From assembly GCA_900617105.1 (NCBI GenBank), contig UYFQ01000626.1, positions 1 through 42,579 of the forward strand: DNA of 42,579 nt, given 5' to 3'. The first letter of the stretch is position 1; each line of letters starts with the position of its first letter. The notes below the pieces were generated by a model, which searched no databases, had not been told where the DNA came from, and saw nothing but the letters and a program-made list of their open reading frames with translations. Made by a program: the position numbers and the translations under genes. The DNA is from Hydrurus foetidus (taxonomy: Eukaryota). Of this stretch, positions 36,386 to 42,579 are shown piece by piece.

Positions 36386-36544
36386 CTGTGCCGGTCACAA
36401 CTAAACGGTGCCGCAAAAAAAAATTTGCGGTATATTCGTGTTTTTGACCGCAGAATCAAAGTAACAGTTATTTTGACCTCCGTCAAAAACACGAAAAAAC
36501 CTCCCCTCAAAATAAGTTCTCCCGTTTAGTTATGACCGGCAGAA
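36386..36544. mobile_element. MITE-like element with nested inverted repeats
   Basis: TGCCGGTCACAACTAAACGG (36389-36408) pairs with CCGTTTAGTTATGACCGGCA (36522-36541); inner TTCGTGTTTTTGAC/GTCAAAAACACGAA; preceded by TA. Confidence 0.78.
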
Positions 36545-36545
36545 T

Positions 36546-36824
36546 TGTTGTGATATCCGGATTAGACTAGGATCCTGTACCCTGTGTGATGTATGATTGT
36601 TTTCATGCACGGGTGTACGTACATTCAGCAATAACATTGACCGCAACCCTCGCACTCATGTTATGCTACCTAGATGTAATCGACAGCATGTCACTGTCGT
36701 TTAATCCAACTTACCGAATACAACGTCTTCTTCTCTTTTGAGCAAGCGTTGCTAGCAGTCGGAAGTGCAGGGATCGTTTGGGAACTCGGAAGAAATTCCG
36801 TGTAAATCGCCCAGATTTCCAACA
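36546..36824 (+). repeat. Copia B 5' LTR
   Basis: TGTTG...CAACA; 3 substitutions versus 42301-42579. Confidence 0.95.
36691..36703 (+). promoter_or_regulatory. Predicted initiator/TSS (TCA, +1 = A36693) and 11-nt self-primer ACTGTCGTTTA
   Basis: TCACT initiator-like context; 36693-36703 is exactly complementary to 36825-36835. Confidence 0.6.
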
Positions 36825-36835
36825 TAAACGACAGT
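36825..36835 (+). promoter_or_regulatory. Non-tRNA primer-binding site TAAACGACAGT
   Basis: Directly abuts the LTR end, lacks TGG, reverse complement of an LTR-internal 11-mer. Confidence 0.75.
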
Positions 36836-36879
36836 CATCCTTAGATAGATTAGCTAGAAGTTGCAAAAGCTTTGCAAGG

Positions 36880-38062
36880 ATGAGAGGACGAGGCGATGGA
36901 AGATTCCAGTCCCGTGGCGGGGGCAGGGGTCGATATGGTAGGGGGCAAGGCGAGCCCCATAAACCCATAGTAAAAGGTAGGAAGCCCGAGGTAGGTGCTT
37001 ACCTGGATCTGCCACGAGGCCAAGCGGCAGATCCGGAAGCCGTGTTGAAATGGCTTGAATGTTTTAGAGTATATATGTATAGTACTTATGAATCTTCTGT
37101 TAAAGAAATCATTGGTATAGATGGGGTCCTCACGATTACGAAGAATTCGTGGAACCAGACGACCCGCCGGAGGAGCCGGCATGGTCGCCATAGAGAGATG
37201 GAAAACAGCACGTAAGAAATATGCTGCTAATATTGAATTACATAAAAAAGACTGTGCAAAATTGTATGGTGTAATATTAGGTCAGATGTCGGAGGCCTCA
37301 ATCACAAGGGTGAACGAGATGCCGGCAGGCAAGCGAGCTATAGAGGACTGTGATCCTCTAGAGGTGTTGACATGTGTGGTTGCTACACACATGAACAACA
37401 AAAGGTATGGAGATGTATATAATATGACTACAGCGATTAGAAACTTTTACAATAATAAAATGTATCAAAACGAGGATCTAGCTGCATATTTTAGTAGGTG
37501 TAGGACGCTTCTATTTGTCAAGAGCGAGTCATACAGGATCGCCGACGAAGAAGAGCCCATCCACACAGATGAGTTCCATGCTGTATTATTTGTAACTGGA
37601 CTTAATTCAAACTATTTAGAATATATCAATACGTTTAAAAATAAGGTTCGGCCATGGCCGCAGACCATGGCCGATGCCAACCAGGACGCGGCCAACTTCC
37701 TTATGGGAAGGCCCGTCCACGGAGGAGCTCCCCCGAACTCGGAGAAGCGAAACGTTTTCGCGGCCAGTCGGGGTGGGAGAGCGGGTTCAGCCGGGAGAGG
37801 CGGCAGAGGCCGTGGCAGCGGAGATAGCGGAGCTGAGAAGGGAGGATTCGACACCCCCGGCAGCGAGAGCAGTAGGAGGGCAGGCACTCCCTATAGGGAT
37901 AGGGAGGCCACCCCACAGAAGGAGAGAGGTGGTGCCGTACAGGAGTACGGTACCCGTTACGGAAGCTGCAACAACTGCGGGGAGGAGGGCCACTATAGTT
38001 ACGAGTGTAAGAAGCCCCCGAGGAAGAACGCACCTGCGCGTCACACTTCCTCGGAAAAGTAA
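36880..38062 (+). CDS. gag: Copia B Gag with RG/RGG-rich segments and zinc knuckle; apparent frameshifts near 37130 and 37170
   Basis: MRGRGDGRFQSRGGGRGR start; CNNCGEEGHYSYEC; homologous to copia A Gag. Confidence 0.9.
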
Positions 38063-41000
38063 GTCCCTTATATGCTTTTTTACCTGATTCACTAGCTAAG
38101 GATGTAAATGTTCCGTGTGGGGAAACCGGACTGCATGACGTATTTGCAACGTCGACCGGTTACCCTGCGTTTGTGCCATTGTTAGATAAAGCATGCAGCT
38201 TGGAGAATTTTTGTCCACTGAACAGTAAAAATTGTGGGGGTGACCCTGTGATTTTTAGTGCGAATGTATATACACACAGTTCCACATTTACAGAGAGACA
38301 AGTGTTGTTAGATACATGTGCAGCAGAGTCAGTATTTTGTAGTGGAGATTTATTTTATAGTATTATGCCGTCCGCTACCCCGATGATTATTAATGGAGTA
38401 AACCCTCAGGGGAACCCTTGATAATCACGGAGTGTGGCGAGACGGACTTCGGAACAGTTTACTACGATAGCAATTGTATAGCAAATATATTATCCTTCGG
38501 TAACATAGTCAGCTCGAGCGAGTCAGTTAGCTATGACAGTGACCAGGATTGTTACAAAGTTAGGATGATTAAGTTAGGACCTGTATATAGATTTGTCCAT
38601 GATCAGTCTACGAACATATATCTATGCGACTTAGACAGAAATGTCAGTTACAAGAATGTATCGTTCGATAAATCGATCATGGTCATGACAGTTAAGGATA
38701 AGAAGAAACTGTATACAGCTAGACAAGTTAAGTCAGCAGAGTTAGCTAGAGAGTATCAGAGAAAGTTAGGTTACGCCAGCCCAGGACAGTTAATTAAATT
38801 AATAGGTCAGGGGAAATTAGATAAGAGTGACATAACAGCGCAAGATGTAGTTAGAGCATTAGATATTTTTGGACCAGATTTGGGTTCCCTTAAGGGGAAA
38901 ACAACTAGTCACAAAACTGAGTTAGAGGAAGAGATGCCAGTAGTAGATAGGCAGTTCCTGAACCAGGTTATGTACATAGATTTGATGTTTGTGAACTCGA
39001 TACCCTATCTAGTCACAGTTACAAATCCCTTAGAATATGTGATGATATGTAAACTCTCACGCAAAAATAAGTCTTCCCTATGGATGAACTTAGAGAGCAA
39101 CATACATCACATTACTAAGTATGGATTTAAGATAACTATGATAAGAATAGACGGAGAGTCGGCAGTTAACACTATAAGTTTTGAGAGTAAGCTAGCCGCA
39201 CTAGGTATTATATTAGACAGTACTGGAGCAGGAGAAGCAGTAGCTGTAGTTGAGAGGAAGATCAGAGTGATAAAGGAACGTGTTCGTGCCATCATTAACA
39301 CGGTACCTTTCTCACTGAGTGAGCTACTAGAAAGTTGGTTACTTAGATATGTTGTGAACAGATTAAATTTAGTACCAACTAGAAACAGTGTAGCTTACGT
39401 CAGCCCCAGAGAGAAATTATACGGTAGAAAGATTAACGTAAATAAGGAGCTGAAACACGGTTTCGGTGATTACGTACAAGTACATACCGACTCCGTGGAC
39501 AACTCGACTAAACCCAGATCACAGGCAGCAATAGCATTAGTTAGTGCAGGCAACCTAGAAGGGTCATGGTATTATCTGCTGTTAGCTAACTTAAAAGTAG
39601 TGAAGAGGACAAAGGCCACTAGCCTACCCATGACAGATGATGTGATCAGCTACCTCGATAAGTTAGCATCTGAGAGGAAATTAAATATGTCAGTTAATGT
39701 TAAGCAACCTATTTTCGAACAGAGTAACCAAATCCTCGAAGACGATGGAAATGATTACTCCAACGATGAATTTGAGTTGCCGACACCTGACATGATAACA
39801 CCGTATAGTTACCCTACAGAAGACGAATTTGTGCATCATGAGATAGCAAATAATTTTGACTCATACGATGGCAATTCTGATGTAGCTTACGAATCAGAGT
39901 TCGAACAATTAACAGAATACATACCAAATGATATATACGTTAATGAAGGAGAGGATGTAGTGTATGACGATACACCAACTGACCCCGATGCATTAATGAA
40001 CGATATATTTGGTGTAGACAGTGATGATGAGGTAGATACCCCCACCACAGAAAATAGCAAGTCAGAGGAAATTCTAGATAAACAACCCAGACGTAGTGCT
40101 AGAAACCATCAACCAGGTAGATGGAACAAGAGATTAGTAGGTTTAAGTATACCTAGCTACAAAGATTCAGTTATGTGTAAGTACATGATGAACATGACCG
40201 TAACAGAAGGAGTACAGAAATTAGGCGAGATAGCCGTAGATTCCATTAAAAAAGAGTTACAACAGATGTGTGACAAGAATGTGTGGGAGGCAGTTCACCT
40301 CAACAGTCTTAGTTACAATCAGAGGAAAAGTATCATAACCAGCAGTATGTTTTTAAAAGATAAGTATACAGCAGATGGTAAATTTGATAAGCTAAAATCT
40401 AGACTTGTGGCAGGAGGTCACTTACAAGATAGAAACATATATGATAACGGTTCATCACCAACTGTTAGCACCACTAGCGTATTTATTGTTGCTGCAATTG
40501 CTGCTAGTGAAAATCGAGCGGTCGCTACGATCGATTTTCCTGGTGCATTCCTCAACAGTGATATGCCACTAGACGGTGACCATGCAGTGCTGATGAGACT
40601 GAATAAATATTTGACTAACATATTAGTTAGCATTGACAAGTCCTATCAGAAGTGTGTAAATGAGAAAGGAACAGTAGTAGTTAAGCTTAAGAAAGCATTA
40701 TATGGATGCGTAGAGTCAGCTAAGTTATGGTACGATAAAATATCATCAGACTTAACACAGTTAGGCTATAAGGTAAATCCATCAGACATATGTGTATTCA
40801 ATAGGACTGAGCTAGATTCCACTCAGACTACTTTAGTTATCCATGTTGATGATATGATGATCAGCAGTAGGGATGAGAAGCGTATAGATAGTATAATTTC
40901 AGAGATAGAAAACTATACCCAGGCCTGACTAAGAGTAGAGGCAGAGTGTTGAATTATATAGGTATGACTTTTAACTTTGAGCAGTTAGGCAGAGTTGTCA

Positions 41001-41791
41001 TATCCATGGAAGGTTTCATAAAAGACTTGTTAGACGATTGCATAGAGATTGTGGGGGTGTCTAGAACACCTGCCGACGATAATCTATTCAAGATCGATCT
41101 TAACAGTCCTTTATTGAAAGATAAAGAACGTGAGAGATTCCACTCACTAACAGCTAAGTTGTTATATTTAAGTAAGAGAACCAGACCAGACATACTGACA
41201 TGTATAGCATATCTAACTAAAAGAGTCTTAGAACCTAGAACCGACGACTGGAATAAGTTAGCGCATACTATACGGTATATCAGAGAGACCAGAGCTACGC
41301 CGCTGACCCTAGAGGTAGATACTCCGGTTAAGGTTATAGCCTATATAGATGCATCATACGCTGTACATGCAGATAAGAAGAGTCACACTGGCTGTATTAT
41401 AACACTAGGTAAGGGAGCAATATATGGTAAGAGTTCCACTCAGAAATTAAATACTACGTCTAGCACAGAGGCAGAACTAGTAGCTATGACTGAAGCAGGT
41501 AATCAGGTTTTATGGACTAGGAATTTCCTTATCCATCAAGAGTATGAGGTAGGTCCAGCTTTAATTTACCAAGATAACCTATCCACAATTCAGTTAGTTA
41601 AGAACGGTAGGTCCAACAGTGAAAGAACTAGACACATAGACATCAAGTTTTTCTTCCTGCATGACCGAATTAAATCAGACCATATTATTGTAACCTACAA
41701 GAGTACTAAAGAAATGATTGCAGATTTGCTGACCAAGCCACTGCAGGGGAAGCTATTCCAAGAGCTACGTGACCAAGTGCTCAATGTATAA
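38056..41791 (+). CDS. pol: Copia B Pol; apparent frameshifts near 38414 and 40910
   Basis: LLDTCA; YIDLMF/RIDGE/VVERK; KSRLVAGG, LKKALYG, IHVDD; YIDAS, STEAE, YQDN, MIADLLTK. Confidence 0.94.
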
Positions 41792-42291
41792 AGAAATTCA
41801 GGGAGTTATTTATTGATTTTGACTTACCCACTTATAGCGCTTTTTCCAGATAAATTACAAAATAAAAATAAAAATCTGATTTCGCTTTAAATCAACATTT
41901 GTTTGATAGGACCGCGAGGGACATCGATGCACCGCTTTTGCGACATCGAATGTCGACGTTTTAGCGGATTTAAGGGCACCAACATCGGTTGGATCGAACT
42001 CGAGACCGGTCACCAGCTGAGGCTTTTTGACGGTTTAGAAATAGTTTTTCTCGAGTAATACTTACCCGCTAATCCAACCACCCATGTTTTATTTTACACC
42101 ACATCACGACGCAACTTGTCAATATTAAAAAATTCCGTGAAAATATTTTTTAAGAAAATTTACTGTTTACCATACCCTAACACTAAGTTCCCTATCTGAG
42201 TGTTGTGTGAAACATTATGAACAATAACCAATAAGTATACTATATAAGCATATGCTAATTAACATATTCACTTATTCAAACAATAACCATC

Positions 42292-42300
42292 ATGGGGGTG
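42292..42300 (+). promoter_or_regulatory. Short polypurine tract of copia B
   Basis: ATGGGGGTG immediately before the 3' LTR. Confidence 0.7.
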
Positions 42301-42579
42301 TGTTGTGATATCCGGATTAGACTAGGATCTTGTACCCTGTGTGATGTATGATTGTTTTCATGCACGGGTGTACGTACATTCAGCGATAACATTGACCGCA
42401 ACCCTCGCACTCATGTTATGCTACCTAGATGTAATCGACAGCATGTCACTGTCGTTTAATCCAACTTACCGAATAGAACGTCTTCTTCTCTTTTGAGCAA
42501 GCGTTGCTAGCAGTCGGAAGTGCAGGGATCGTTTGGGAACTCGGAAGAAATTCCGTGTAAATCGCCCAGATTTCCAACA
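42301..42579 (+). repeat. Copia B 3' LTR
   Basis: Direct repeat of 36546-36824. Confidence 0.95.

Larger units (their letters stand above)
36546..42579 (+). mobile_element. Full-length Ty1/copia LTR retrotransposon B (6034 bp)
   Basis: Two 279-bp LTRs around gag-PR-IN-RT-RH; predicted TSD AGAAT (36541-36545) cannot be confirmed because the window ends at the LTR. Confidence 0.97.

Noticed and set aside
36825..36845. PBS for a tRNA or tRNA half (e.g. Asp, from CTGTC)
   Set aside because: No TGG, and similarity to an Asp anticodon loop is limited to 5 nt by eye; a tRNA search is still needed to exclude it formally
38059..38095. 37-nt intron using the ACTAG acceptor to fuse gag and pol
   Set aside because: Gives AAC TAA immediately; the equivalent splice in copia A also hits a stop, so it cannot make Gag-Pol
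41792..42290. env-like extra ORF in copia B
   Set aside because: No ORF of meaningful length in the region

Overview
Intron-rich eukaryotic genomic DNA, probably a stramenopile (inferred from the diatom/CoDi-like copia integrases). A block of six host genes sits between LTR retrotransposons. Left: the 3' part of a Ty3/gypsy chromovirus (1-~4495), joined directly to a 5'-truncated Ty1/copia element, copia A (~4496-10179), then two palindromic MITE-like elements. Middle: HAD phosphatase (-), divergent actin-related protein (+, 7 exons), ABC1/ADCK kinase (+, 15 exons), Ufd2/UBE4-type U-box ligase (-), glutathione S-transferase (-) and an ASCH-domain protein (-). Right: a third MITE and a young, full-length copia element, copia B (36546-42579; 279-bp LTRs with 3 mismatches). 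Main observations: (1) copia B has no tRNA-type primer-binding site; the 11 nt after its 5' LTR are the exact reverse complement of 11 nt at an initiator-like site inside the LTR, the geometry of Tf1-type self-priming but in a Ty1/copia element. (2) The chromovirus appears to switch between Gag and Gag-Pol by retaining a 131-nt intron, with a dual-coded terminal gag exon nested inside the protease. (3) In both copias pol is in the -1 frame behind a slippery-heptamer-TAA junction. (4) Both copias are inserted at the very end of a MITE. Several single-base frameshifts in the TE ORFs look like assembly errors, which limits frame-based conclusions.
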